IMG/VR virus record: IMGVR_UViG_3300010359_000009 | Span: 1-32,090 of that record | Strand: one strand, 5' to 3' | DNA: 32,090 nt | From: a virus | Taxonomy: Duplodnaviria > Caudoviricetes | Shown here: positions 16,951-24,539 of the stretch, one piece after another | Layout: each line of letters opens with the position of its first letter | Position numbering within the stretch: the stretch's first letter is position 1 | Program-made: the position numbers and the translations under genes | Notes under the pieces: generated by a model | The model's database searches: none | What the model was told of the DNA's origin: nothing | What the model saw: the letters and a program-made list of their open reading frames with translations, nothing else

Positions 16951-17193
16951 GCGGATTGATCGTGAGTACACGAAAGAGTTGGACCGCGCATGTAGCGCTC
17001 CTTTGCCTAGTGAGTTCGTATGTGTGACCGAAGCCACTTGTTTACCGCTGACCCGAAGTCGAGGCCGAACCTCCTCCGCAGATCTGCCACAGCCTGCGGA
17101 TATAGACAAGTTTACCGCGTCGAGCGTACGGGTGCCATGCCCGGATGGACGGGATCGATCAGGGTGCCGCTGACCAGCGATGGAGGGGGCTTG

Positions 17194-17235
17194 GCTTGGT
17201 GTAGCTACAGCCTATCCGCTGTAGCTACACCAAGC
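17194..17235. promoter_or_regulatory. Perfect 18-bp inverted repeat, candidate operator
   Basis: GCTTGGTGTAGCTACAGC-ctatcc-GCTGTAGCTACACCAAGC; each arm contains the palindrome TGTAGCTACA; abuts an AGGAGG RBS. Confidence 0.75.
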
Positions 17236-17246
17236 AGGAGGCCCTG

Positions 17247-17474
17247 ATGACCACCACGACCCGTGTCGAGTGCACCTGTAAGATCTGTGCCGCCAACGCC
17301 GTGAAACTGAACCGACTAGTCCTAGCTGCCGAGATCGCCACCGCTGGCGTTCAGCGCCTCGGTCGTAACGGCAAGTTGTCTAAGCAGGCTATCCACGGCA
17401 TCGTGCACGCTGCGAACCACCCGGTGCTCGGCAAGGCTCTGGCCAAGCACCGTACCGCCTACTGGGCGGCCTGA
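17247..17474 (+). CDS. Small basic hypothetical protein (CxCxxC)
   Basis: AGGAGG RBS; plus-strand island. Confidence 0.8.
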   Translation: MTTTTRVECTCKICAANAVKLNRLVLAAEIATAGVQRLGRNGKLSKQAIHGIVHAANHPVLGKALAKHRTAYWAA

Positions 17475-17475
17475 T

Positions 17476-17637
17476 ATGGCTACTACTCCCACTCAGATCC
17501 GTATCCCGTACGACCTGAAAAACAGGGTCCGGGCAAAGGCTACCGCGCAGGGGCTAACCCTTACCGACGTGGTAATTTGGGCATTGACGGAGTACGTGAG
17601 TCTTGCTGAGCACGGCAAGGGCGATCCGAAGCGCTAA
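17476..17637 (+). CDS. Ribbon-helix-helix protein, 53 aa (not in ORF track)
   Basis: MATTPTQIRIPYDLKNRVRAKATAQGLTLTDVVIWALTEYV...; starts 1 nt after the upstream stop. Confidence 0.75.
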   Translation: MATTPTQIRIPYDLKNRVRAKATAQGLTLTDVVIWALTEYVSLAEHGKGDPKR

Positions 17638-18967
17638 CATCCAGTAGGTACCGCACAGCGGCCTCGCCCTGTTGCGGTACCACGCCGTTGCCGAGCATCT
17701 TCAGCGCCTCGTTACGGCCGACACCGGGCACGGCGGTGACCCATCCCTCGGGCAGGCCCATCATCCATTCGACGAAGATCGGCGAGAGCTGCTTGCCGCC
17801 GCGCTTGCCCAGCATGGTCGGCGCTGGCGCTGGCCTGCCTAGCCGTCCCCCCCATCGTCGAATGGCGGGTCCATAGGCCCCCCAATCCAGAAAATGTCCA
17901 GTAGCGTCTGCCCTGAGTGGTGCTTGCTGTCGGGATTCGACCGTCCGGACGTCGCATTGCGCGCCCCGTTCGCGTCCGTAGCTACTGGCGTCGGCAGTAA
18001 TGCCCCAGTCGGGGGGTGCTCCTTGCGCGCCATGGTCTCCAGTGATTCCCGCACCGGTCCCACTCGACCCATCGAGCCGCCCTGATTGCTCCCGTAGGTG
18101 GATGCAGTCGGCGTCGGCAGGAGTCGATGGATCGTCTCGCTCAGCGGTCGCCCCGTCTGATCCTCCCATCCAGCTCCCCGAATCCCATCCCGCGCCGTTG
18201 GTGTCGGTAGTAGCGTGGCCGTTACGTCTTGCAGGGTCACTGAGTGACCGCCAGATTTCCGCTTCTCCGGATCCTGCGGACCGCCCCGGTCCGAATCGTA
18301 TGCCCCGGGAGTGGGTAAGAGCTGATCGATCTGCGCCTCCAGCCGACCCCTGGCCTGCCGAGTTGATCGCGTATAGTTCCCTACCCCATTCGCCGATGAG
18401 GTTCGTGGAGTGCCCAGCAGGCCATGCAAGGATGAAGACTCGGTATCGTCCATGGGGGGCTCCGACGTCGGCAGCGCGTAGGCCACACCATCGCGTGTCA
18501 TACCCGATGTCGGCCAGGTTGCCGAGAACGCAGCCGAGTGCCCGCAGAGGGGCTGCTCCGTCGTCTCCCACACACCACGTACAGGATTCCAGAACGCCAG
18601 TGGCGTGCTGTGAGAGGATTCCGCGAACATTTTCTATCACCACCAGATCTGGTCGGAGTACGTCAATTGCCGTGGCCATATGCGACCATAGACCGGAGCG
18701 CGTTTGCGAATTGAGGCCAGCGCGCTGGCCAGCCAGTGAGATATCTGTGCAGGGAAATCCGCCCGTCAGGACGCTCACGCGCGGCACTGCTGACCAGTCC
18801 ACCAATGATATATCACCGAGATTCGGCACCTTCGGATGGTGATGCTCGAGCACCCGGCATGCGGCAGGTTCGATCTCCGAAAACCACGTAAGGTGCCCTG
18901 GGAGGACTCGCTGTACGGCCATGGTCAGGCCGCTATAGCCCTCGAACAGTCCGCCGTAGGTCAGCAC
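17561..18967 (-). CDS. C5-cytosine DNA methyltransferase (catalytic frame)
   Basis: Motifs I LFEGYSG, IV GGFPC, VI IENV, VIII PHGRYRVF, IX FVEWMMGLP, X LGNGVVP. Confidence 0.92.
   Translation of the reverse strand: MLTYGGLFEGYSGLTMAVQRVLPGHLTWFSEIEPAACRVLEHHHPKVPNLGDISLVDWSAVPRVSVLTGGFPCTDISLAGQRAGLNSQTRSGLWSHMATAIDVLRPDLVVIENVRGILSQHATGVLESCTWCVGDDGAAPLRALGCVLGNLADIGYDTRWCGLRAADVGAPHGRYRVFILAWPAGHSTNLIGEWGRELYAINSAGQGSAGGADRSALTHSRGIRFGPGRSAGSGEAEIWRSLSDPARRNGHATTDTNGAGWDSGSWMGGSDGATAERDDPSTPADADCIHLREQSGRLDGSSGTGAGITGDHGAQGAPPDWGITADASSYGRERGAQCDVRTVESRQQAPLRADATGHFLDWGAYGPAIRRWGGRLGRPAPAPTMLGKRGGKQLSPIFVEWMMGLPEGWVTAVPGVGRNEALKMLGNGVVPQQGEAAVRYLLDVSASDRPCRAQQDSRTPSMPKLPRR
17839..18630 (-). 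CDS. Nested out-of-frame protein with five LLxTP repeats (putative methyltransferase specificity subunit)
   Basis: 263-aa ORF inside the MTase; repeats LLGTPRT, LLPTPGAYD, LLPTPTARD, LLPTPTAST, LLPTPVATD; GGTGGTG upstream of ATG. Confidence 0.75.
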   Translation of the reverse strand: MFAESSHSTPLAFWNPVRGVWETTEQPLCGHSAAFSATWPTSGMTRDGVAYALPTSEPPMDDTESSSLHGLLGTPRTSSANGVGNYTRSTRQARGRLEAQIDQLLPTPGAYDSDRGGPQDPEKRKSGGHSVTLQDVTATLLPTPTARDGIRGAGWEDQTGRPLSETIHRLLPTPTASTYGSNQGGSMGRVGPVRESLETMARKEHPPTGALLPTPVATDANGARNATSGRSNPDSKHHSGQTLLDIFWIGGPMDPPFDDGGDG

Positions 18968-19230
18968 GAGGCACCTGCATCCGCGATCACCTGGTCGATC
19001 GCGTCGGCCATCCGGGCCGCGGCAGTAGCATCGCCGACCGTCAGCTCAAACTGGACCGTCAACAGCCGTGCCGCGCCGTCTGCTGACACCACCAGCTCAT
19101 TGAGTTCGCTGATGCTGGCGCCGAATAACACGGTCAGCAGTTCGCTGGTGAGGCGCTCCAGGCCGACGCGATCGAGATCCAGCGGACCGTAGATCCACGC
19201 CTGACGACCGTCACCGCCGAAGCTGGGCAA
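18961..19230 (-). CDS. Hypothetical protein
   Basis: GGAGG upstream; overlaps both neighbours. Confidence 0.55.
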   Translation of the reverse strand: MPSFGGDGRQAWIYGPLDLDRVGLERLTSELLTVLFGASISELNELVVSADGAARLLTVQFELTVGDATAAARMADAIDQVIADAGASC

Positions 19231-19501
19231 CCCGGGCCTCCAGTTCCTCGATGGTGACGCCCTGCCTCTGGGCGATCTCAGCGACCATCTCGTCGCGGGT
19301 TAGGCCCTTTCCGGGATGGGCGACGTGGTATCGCTGGATGTGATCGTTAGCCTCGCGGATGGCCATCCCGGTCGGCTCGGGGTAGCCGTAGTCAGCCGGG
19401 TCCACCCCCTGACGCTGGTAGTAGTTCCGAATGCAGGAGTTATGCGCTAGCAGTCGAGCTGCGTCGTACTGATCCTCGGTCACGCCACACGTGTCACACA
19501 T
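19211..19501 (-). CDS. Hypothetical protein
   Basis: AGGGGA/GGA upstream; N-terminal CxxC. Confidence 0.7.
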   Translation of the reverse strand: MCDTCGVTEDQYDAARLLAHNSCIRNYYQRQGVDPADYGYPEPTGMAIREANDHIQRYHVAHPGKGLTRDEMVAEIAQRQGVTIEELEARVAQLRR

Positions 19502-19518
19502 TTGTGATCCATCCCCTG

Positions 19519-20010
19519 CTACGTCGAAAGATATTGCGTAACGCTATCGTCGCTCATTCCACCGAGAACCCATATGAGCGTGTTTCTGACAGCCTCAGTC
19601 TCACCATCGCAGTCTTCCCCCTCGGCATCGAATCGAGCCAGCATCTGCTCGATCTCTATTGGCGCTCGCATGGAATCCTTCCGTTGCCATCCTTCAGTAT
19701 TGATTCGGCCAGCTCGTTTCGCTCGGTTTCGGCCAGGCAGTCCGGAAACATACAGGGACTCTCGCAGTCGTGCGGGAGTATGGTGCATCCGTGGTGGCAG
19801 CCGCACTCGTCGCGCTTGTCTATTATCACTGAGGCCCCCCGTGTGATCGGCACTGCCGTGCCAGTACCCTAGTTCGATGCAGTAGGCCTGGTCGCCATTC
19901 CACTTCACGTAGCGATGCCATTCGACGGGGCATGCCCAGGCTTCTACTCGCGTGCCGTTACTGGCGGTTCCTAAGTGCTGTACTGGCGTCGGCTCAGTCA
20001 TCGTCGTCAC
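19519..20010 (-). CDS. Hypothetical ORF, probably composite (separate internal start at 19671)
   Basis: Plausible N- and C-terminal parts; GGAAGG before ATG at 19671; the Arg-rich middle overlaps another ORF. Confidence 0.45.
   Translation of the reverse strand: MTTMTEPTPVQHLGTASNGTRVEAWACPVEWHRYVKWNGDQAYCIELGYWHGSADHTGGLSDNRQARRVRLPPRMHHTPARLRESLYVSGLPGRNRAKRAGRINTEGWQRKDSMRAPIEIEQMLARFDAEGEDCDGETEAVRNTLIWVLGGMSDDSVTQYLST
19656..19829 (-). CDS. Small Cys/His-rich protein
   Basis: CGCHHGC....HDC...C....C; GGGGG upstream of GTG. Confidence 0.5.
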   Translation of the reverse strand: MIIDKRDECGCHHGCTILPHDCESPCMFPDCLAETERNELAESILKDGNGRIPCERQ

Positions 20011-20461
20011 CCCGGAGCTGCCTCAGCGCGTCCTCCGTTTTGGGAGGCCCGCGCCAGATGCCGACCGATTCGTCGAGGAACATTGCTCGCTGGCCGGCAG
20101 TCATGATCTCGTTCGGCCTCAGGCATGGGTCTCCCTCGGTGAGCGCGGCGACCCTGTGGCGGTCGAACAGCGAGACCGAGGAGAACGTCTCGCAACATCC
20201 AGCGCAGTGCGCCCAGCTGGTTGCCCGCCACATGCGATTGCATTGCCAGCAGTGCCCGAGCGGTGAGGTATTATTCCGGCCAGCCACCACGGCGCGGGCT
20301 GGTATCCAATCTTCATTGGCGGGCACCGTGAAGTCGAGTAGCGCGCCCTGGAGATCTGGCTCGGTGAAGTCTGGCCCCTTGGGGATCTTTCCGTCAGCAC
20401 GGAGGATCGCAAGTCCGTCCGCGCCAAGTTTTGAAAGATTGGAGCGATGCACCGCAGTCAC
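19994..20461 (-). CDS. Chimeric protein: MazG-like NTP-pyrophosphatase C-terminal remnant plus FDxHR zinc-binding domain
   Basis: AVHRSNLSKLGADG..ILRADGKIPKGPDF..PDL followed by C..C...W....AHC..C..TFSS...FDRHR. Confidence 0.65.
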   Translation of the reverse strand: MTAVHRSNLSKLGADGLAILRADGKIPKGPDFTEPDLQGALLDFTVPANEDWIPARAVVAGRNNTSPLGHCWQCNRMWRATSWAHCAGCCETFSSVSLFDRHRVAALTEGDPCLRPNEIMTAGQRAMFLDESVGIWRGPPKTEDALRQLRGDDDD

Positions 20462-20970
20462 TGCTGCGCCTCGTCGAGCAGATCGCACCGCATCGACTGC
20501 ACTGCCTTCGTCCAACGGTCAATCAGGCTACGTCGATCGACGGTTGTGTCTGCGCCCCAGTCTACGACGGTGAGATCACATTGCCTCGCCACCTGCGCAC
20601 AGCCGCTTGTGCCAGATGGCACGCTCATAGCGAAGGCTAGCGTGAGCGACCCCGGCGGGATGCTGGCGATCATTATGGCATTGCGCAGATATCCAGCATC
20701 GGGGCAATACGCTCGACCAGGCTGATTCCTCCGCAGACCGTGTTGGCAGCGATCCGAGCAGGTCGTCCAGTTTGCCGGGTACGCCTCGGTCATCATATTC
20801 ATCCTCTGACCGCAGCGCGCTGCGGTCAGATCAGCGCCGCGGGCACCGCCGTGCACGAGCGTGACCTCGCTGGCGGGTACACCGAGGCTGAGCACGGCTG
20901 ATTTCAGGGCCACCCGGATGAGATTCGCGTCAGTCCAGGACCGACTGCCGGTGACGAGGAGGCGTTTCAT
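20458..20970 (-). CDS. SLOG-superfamily protein (DUF2493/YspA-like)
   Basis: LLVTGSRSW, LVHGGARGAD, YPANW, AGYLRN..M, SGT. Confidence 0.85.
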   Translation of the reverse strand: MKRLLVTGSRSWTDANLIRVALKSAVLSLGVPASEVTLVHGGARGADLTAARCGQRMNMMTEAYPANWTTCSDRCQHGLRRNQPGRAYCPDAGYLRNAIMIASIPPGSLTLAFAMSVPSGTSGCAQVARQCDLTVVDWGADTTVDRRSLIDRWTKAVQSMRCDLLDEAQQ

Positions 20971-21323
20971 GTGTATACGCCCTCGATGATTTCGTCAACA
21001 AGAAATCTCAGAAAATCCGCCGAGTTCGTTTCATTAAAGAGCATGCGCGCTAGCTCCGGTGAGATTCCGAGTAGCCCGGCAGCAGCCTTGCTGATTGTTA
21101 CCCGTGCGCCAGTCTCTGGGTTTTTACAGGCACCGGCCCACAGGTTCCCGTTACCGTACGGTTCGAATAGGACCCTCCATCCGGACATAATGACGGTATG
21201 TCCGGCGAAACAGTAAGCCGTGCCGCATTCGTTACGTATTGCCCACATCTTCTGATTGTGCTCGTCCGGGTGATTCTCGATGTGCTCCATGACCTTACGA
21301 AGCAGTGGGACATTGACTGCCAT
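20967..21323 (-). CDS. Hypothetical actinophage protein
   Basis: GAGG RBS before ATG at 21323; HIENHP.EHNQ..W....CGTAYCFAGHT. Confidence 0.75.
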   Translation of the reverse strand: MAVNVPLLRKVMEHIENHPDEHNQKMWAIRNECGTAYCFAGHTVIMSGWRVLFEPYGNGNLWAGACKNPETGARVTISKAAAGLLGISPELARMLFNETNSADFLRFLVDEIIEGVYT

Positions 21324-21333
21324 TACGATCCTC

Positions 21334-21444
21334 TCACCATGGCCACCACATGACCGACATGTTCGCGCCAATGATCCAGCCGAGCAGGCCGGCACCACCT
21401 ACGATGCCGGCCGCCGACCAGGGTCCGATCCGAATACGGATCAT
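21334..21444 (-). CDS. Putative 36-aa membrane peptide (not in ORF track)
   Basis: MIRIRIGPWSAAGIVGGAGLLGWIIGANMSVMWWPW fills the gap exactly; weak RBS. Confidence 0.45.
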   Translation of the reverse strand: MIRIRIGPWSAAGIVGGAGLLGWIIGANMSVMWWPW

Positions 21445-21451
21445 TATGAGA

Positions 21452-21673
21452 TCAGCTCGGACCCGGGCGGCCCGGCTTGCCCCGCTGGGTAATCTTGCCC
21501 TGCTCGATGGAGTCCCACTTTCCGCGGTGCCCGGTCATCGCCTGCGCGGCGTTCAGTGCATCCTGGACATCGTCGCCGGTGTAGGCGATCGAGTAGATAA
21601 CGGTGCAACTCTCGGGGTCGATGCAGTGGATGCTGTACTGCTTGGCGGAACCCATCTGAATGGTGAAGCTCAT
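21452..21673 (-). CDS. Hypothetical protein
   Basis: GAGAGGA RBS; typical high-GC codon usage. Confidence 0.65.
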   Translation of the reverse strand: MSFTIQMGSAKQYSIHCIDPESCTVIYSIAYTGDDVQDALNAAQAMTGHRGKWDSIEQGKITQRGKPGRPGPS

Positions 21674-21717
21674 GGGAGGGTGTTCCTCTCTTGTTTGAAT
21701 GACGACTGATGCGGCTA

Positions 21718-21939
21718 TCAGTTCTGCTTCGGCACAAGCTCGACCCAGTCGGCCACGTCCTCATCCGAGAAGGCCTGCATCTGCAGCCCGTTCGCTGGGT
21801 TACCCATCAGCGGGTTCGGACGGTAGGCCGTCAGGATCCAGGAGCCGTTGCCCTCGAACTCGACATCGAACCGTTGGGCCACGAACCCTTCAGGACTGAC
21901 CCGGGCTTGTATCAATGGGGTGGTCACGTGTTCGATCAT
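21718..21939 (-). CDS. Hypothetical protein
   Basis: ATGA coupling to the upstream RHH gene. Confidence 0.65.
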   Translation of the reverse strand: MIEHVTTPLIQARVSPEGFVAQRFDVEFEGNGSWILTAYRPNPLMGNPANGLQMQAFSDEDVADWVELVPKQN

Positions 21940-22154
21940 ACCGAAGTGCCAGCAGTTCCGCCGAGATTGTCATCGGTATTATCAGTGAGTGAGTCTGCGA
22001 TCGGCAGATAGCCCCGACGCTTCAGCGCGTCACCGACGATGACATTGACGAGTCCGTTCTTGCTGACGGACGGCCGATGATCTGCGGCGCACCTCGTGAC
22101 GGCGTCCCAGACCGCAGCGTCCCATCTGATCGTCACGGGGGTAGTCTCTGACAT
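21936..22154 (-). CDS. Putative RHH/Arc-like DNA-binding protein, leaderless; first gene of the left arm
   Basis: TTPVTIRWDAAVWDAVTRCA......SKNGLVNVIV; TGG-TACCAT-N6-ATG. Confidence 0.65.
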   Translation of the reverse strand: MSETTPVTIRWDAAVWDAVTRCAADHRPSVSKNGLVNVIVGDALKRRGYLPIADSLTDNTDDNLGGTAGTSV

Positions 22155-22169
22155 GAGGACATGGTACCA
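22155..22169 (-). promoter_or_regulatory. Extended -10 leaderless promoter
   Basis: Minus strand TGG-TACCAT-gtcctc-ATG. Confidence 0.55.
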
Positions 22170-22308
22170 CCATGGTTGCATGGTAGCTGTACTCGTGCTC
22201 GATACCCATAAGCCGTTACCATGTACCGGTGCTCAGGTGCGTATGCCAGAGGCCGATTGCTGTTCCATGGATTGCTGCTCGGGTTGCGACAACAAGGGAG
22301 GCAACATA

Positions 22309-22827
22309 TTGAACAGCAACATCAGTCCCGAGAAGCGCGGCGGCCTGAGCACTGCGGAAGCGGTACGTCGTCGTGATCTGGAGGCCGCCCGATTGGCCGC
22401 CCTCCGCTTTTCCTACGACCAGATCGCGACGCAGCTAGGCTACGACGATCGCTCCGGCGCCTGGCGCGCGGTCCGTCGTGGTCAGGAGCTGATCGCCCGC
22501 GAGCCCCATGACAACATGGTCCTGCTGGACCTGCACGAGCTGGACGAGATGGCCCGGCAGGCGTGGGCAGTGCTGCAACGCACGCACTACGTCGTCGACA
22601 AGGGCGCGGTGGTCGTCTGGGAAGGCCGGCCCCTGAATGATGACGGCCCGATCCTGGCGGCGATCGCCAAGCTGCTCGACATCCAGCGCCGTCGCGCCGA
22701 CCTGGTGGGCCTGGACGCCCCGAAGCGCCTGCGGGTCGCCGACGCGTTACCCGACCTGGACGCAGCGGTACAGGAGTTGGCTGCAGAGCTGAGGGCGCTC
22801 CCGGGCGGGTCGGTGTCGGACGAATGA
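22309..22827 (+). CDS. terS: Terminase small subunit (HTH)
   Basis: HTH FSYDQIATQLGY..RSGAW; C-terminal RRADLVGLDAP; coupled to TerL; GGGAGG before TTG at 22309 (start uncertain). Confidence 0.75.
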   Translation: MNSNISPEKRGGLSTAEAVRRRDLEAARLAALRFSYDQIATQLGYDDRSGAWRAVRRGQELIAREPHDNMVLLDLHELDEMARQAWAVLQRTHYVVDKGAVVVWEGRPLNDDGPILAAIAKLLDIQRRRADLVGLDAPKRLRVADALPDLDAAVQELAAELRALPGGSVSDE

Positions 22828-24527
22828 CGGCAGCAACCACCCGCCAGTTCGCCGAGGGCCGCTCCGATCGGGAAGTGGCGGCCCTCGCCGCCCAGGTCCG
22901 GTCTAGGGCGCGTCGGATGCGGACGATCCGCGAGTATCCGACTGGCCTTGACCTGGCGGTCGGTCACGATCGGCGGATCGTCCGCACGCCAGCACTGGAC
23001 CTACTTAATGAGCGTATCAATGAGACTGTCCGATCAGGTGACGGTAGATTGGTGATATCAATACCACCACAAGAGGGAAAGAGTAGTCTGACGCGCTGGA
23101 CATGCGCACAGCTGCTCATCGAGCACCCTGACCTGAGATTAGCGTACGTATCCTATGCCGCGTCGTTAGCCCGTACGTCCGGCCGGATCGTCCGGGGACT
23201 CATCAGGCAGCACGGCAGTCAATGGGGGATATCAGTTTCCCGCGAGCACGCCGACGCATCAGACTGGGAATTGGCTGGTCACCGGGGCGGAATGATTGCC
23301 GTCGGTCGTGACGGAACTATTACCGGACGTCCGGCGGAGGGCATCCTCATCGACGATCCGCTGAAGAATCGCAAGGAAGCGGACTCGCTGATTATCTTGG
23401 ACTCACTGAATAATCTCTGGGAAGCGGTCATCCGCCCGCGTCTTGCGCCGCTCGCGTTCGTGATTCTCATCATGACCAGGTGGGCGGAGAAGGACCTAGC
23501 TGGCAGGTTTGAATCCGAGGGCTGGCCGGTCGTCAATATCCCAGCTTTAGCTGATGGCAAGGCTCCGGATGCGCTAGGCCGACCGGTTGGTACCTACATG
23601 ATTTCAGCTCGCGGCCGAACCGAGCAGGAGTGGCGACAGATTCGTGCGGACGTCGGTGAACGGGAATGGGCAGCCCTTTATCAGGGGATGCCGGCACCGC
23701 CAGGTGGTACGTGGTTCCAGCAGGCCTGGTTCGACCGTGACCGGGTGACCGAAGCGCCTGCGGACTGTCTACCGCCGATTGTCTATGTGGACCCGGCGGA
23801 CAATACCGGCGGCGGCGATGAGGCTGGCGTGATCATAGGCCGAGTGGACGCCAAGCGGCACGTCTACGTCGGGCCGGACTATACGCAGATCGCCACCATG
23901 GCCCAGTGGGTGCGGATCGCCCTGCTCGCTGCGGTACGCCATGGCGCCGTCGCCCTGGCCTACGAGCGGTCGCTGTCCGGTCTGCCGAAGGCGATCCGCG
24001 AAGGGTGGTCGTCCCTGCGCCAGCAGGCGATCGAGCTGCAGCGGGCATCGGGAGCAGGCGAGACCGCATGGCCGGCATCGCCGGATCAGGAGGCGATAAC
24101 TTCCGCCATGGCCGTGTTGGTGCGCGAGGACGACACTCCGGAGACGCACGACGAGGTATTGGCCGAGGTGATGGAACTCTGGCCGTATGTGCATAAGGTG
24201 CTCGCCTACCCGCAGGACGGCCCGCAGCGGCGCACCATCACCCCAAGGGGGACGAAGCTCTTCCGGATCATGTCCGCATCGCCCGCGCTGCAGAACCGTC
24301 GGGTGCACGTGATCGGTAAGCTGCCCGAGATGGAGCACGAGGCGGTGACATGGTTGCCCGGCAAGCCGAGCCCGAACCGGCTGGACACGCTCGTGCATAT
24401 GATCCACGACCTCGGCGGAGCCGTGCCGGCGACGCTGTCCAAGCCGGAACGCCAGCAGGGTCAGCTCCCGACCCGGTCTGCCCGGAGCGGATACAGCGCA
24501 ATGATCTATAGGTCGGCGAGACGATAG
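22824..24527 (+). CDS. terL: Terminase large subunit
   Basis: PPQEGKS Walker A, ILIDDP Walker B, MTRW, ALYQG.P, nuclease YVDPA...DEAG, SPNRLD. Confidence 0.92.
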   Translation: MTAATTRQFAEGRSDREVAALAAQVRSRARRMRTIREYPTGLDLAVGHDRRIVRTPALDLLNERINETVRSGDGRLVISIPPQEGKSSLTRWTCAQLLIEHPDLRLAYVSYAASLARTSGRIVRGLIRQHGSQWGISVSREHADASDWELAGHRGGMIAVGRDGTITGRPAEGILIDDPLKNRKEADSLIILDSLNNLWEAVIRPRLAPLAFVILIMTRWAEKDLAGRFESEGWPVVNIPALADGKAPDALGRPVGTYMISARGRTEQEWRQIRADVGEREWAALYQGMPAPPGGTWFQQAWFDRDRVTEAPADCLPPIVYVDPADNTGGGDEAGVIIGRVDAKRHVYVGPDYTQIATMAQWVRIALLAAVRHGAVALAYERSLSGLPKAIREGWSSLRQQAIELQRASGAGETAWPASPDQEAITSAMAVLVREDDTPETHDEVLAEVMELWPYVHKVLAYPQDGPQRRTITPRGTKLFRIMSASPALQNRRVHVIGKLPEMEHEAVTWLPGKPSPNRLDTLVHMIHDLGGAVPATLSKPERQQGQLPTRSARSGYSAMIYRSARR

Positions 24528-24539
24528 GAGGGTCAGGCT

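Noticed and set aside
16980-17180. GTTTACCGC twice and a TCCGCAG/CTGCGGA hairpin in the intergenic region
   Set aside because: Too short to distinguish from chance; no recognisable tRNA or ncRNA
18000-18842. 280-aa antisense ORF in the C5 methyltransferase (triple coding?)
   Set aside because: Low-complexity P/S/A/R composition, no RBS or motifs; explained by constraints on the opposite strand
22096-22308. N-terminal extension of TerS
   Set aside because: Overlaps the divergent RHH gene and its promoter; a better RBS lies at 22296-22301 (ATG at 22243 not excluded)
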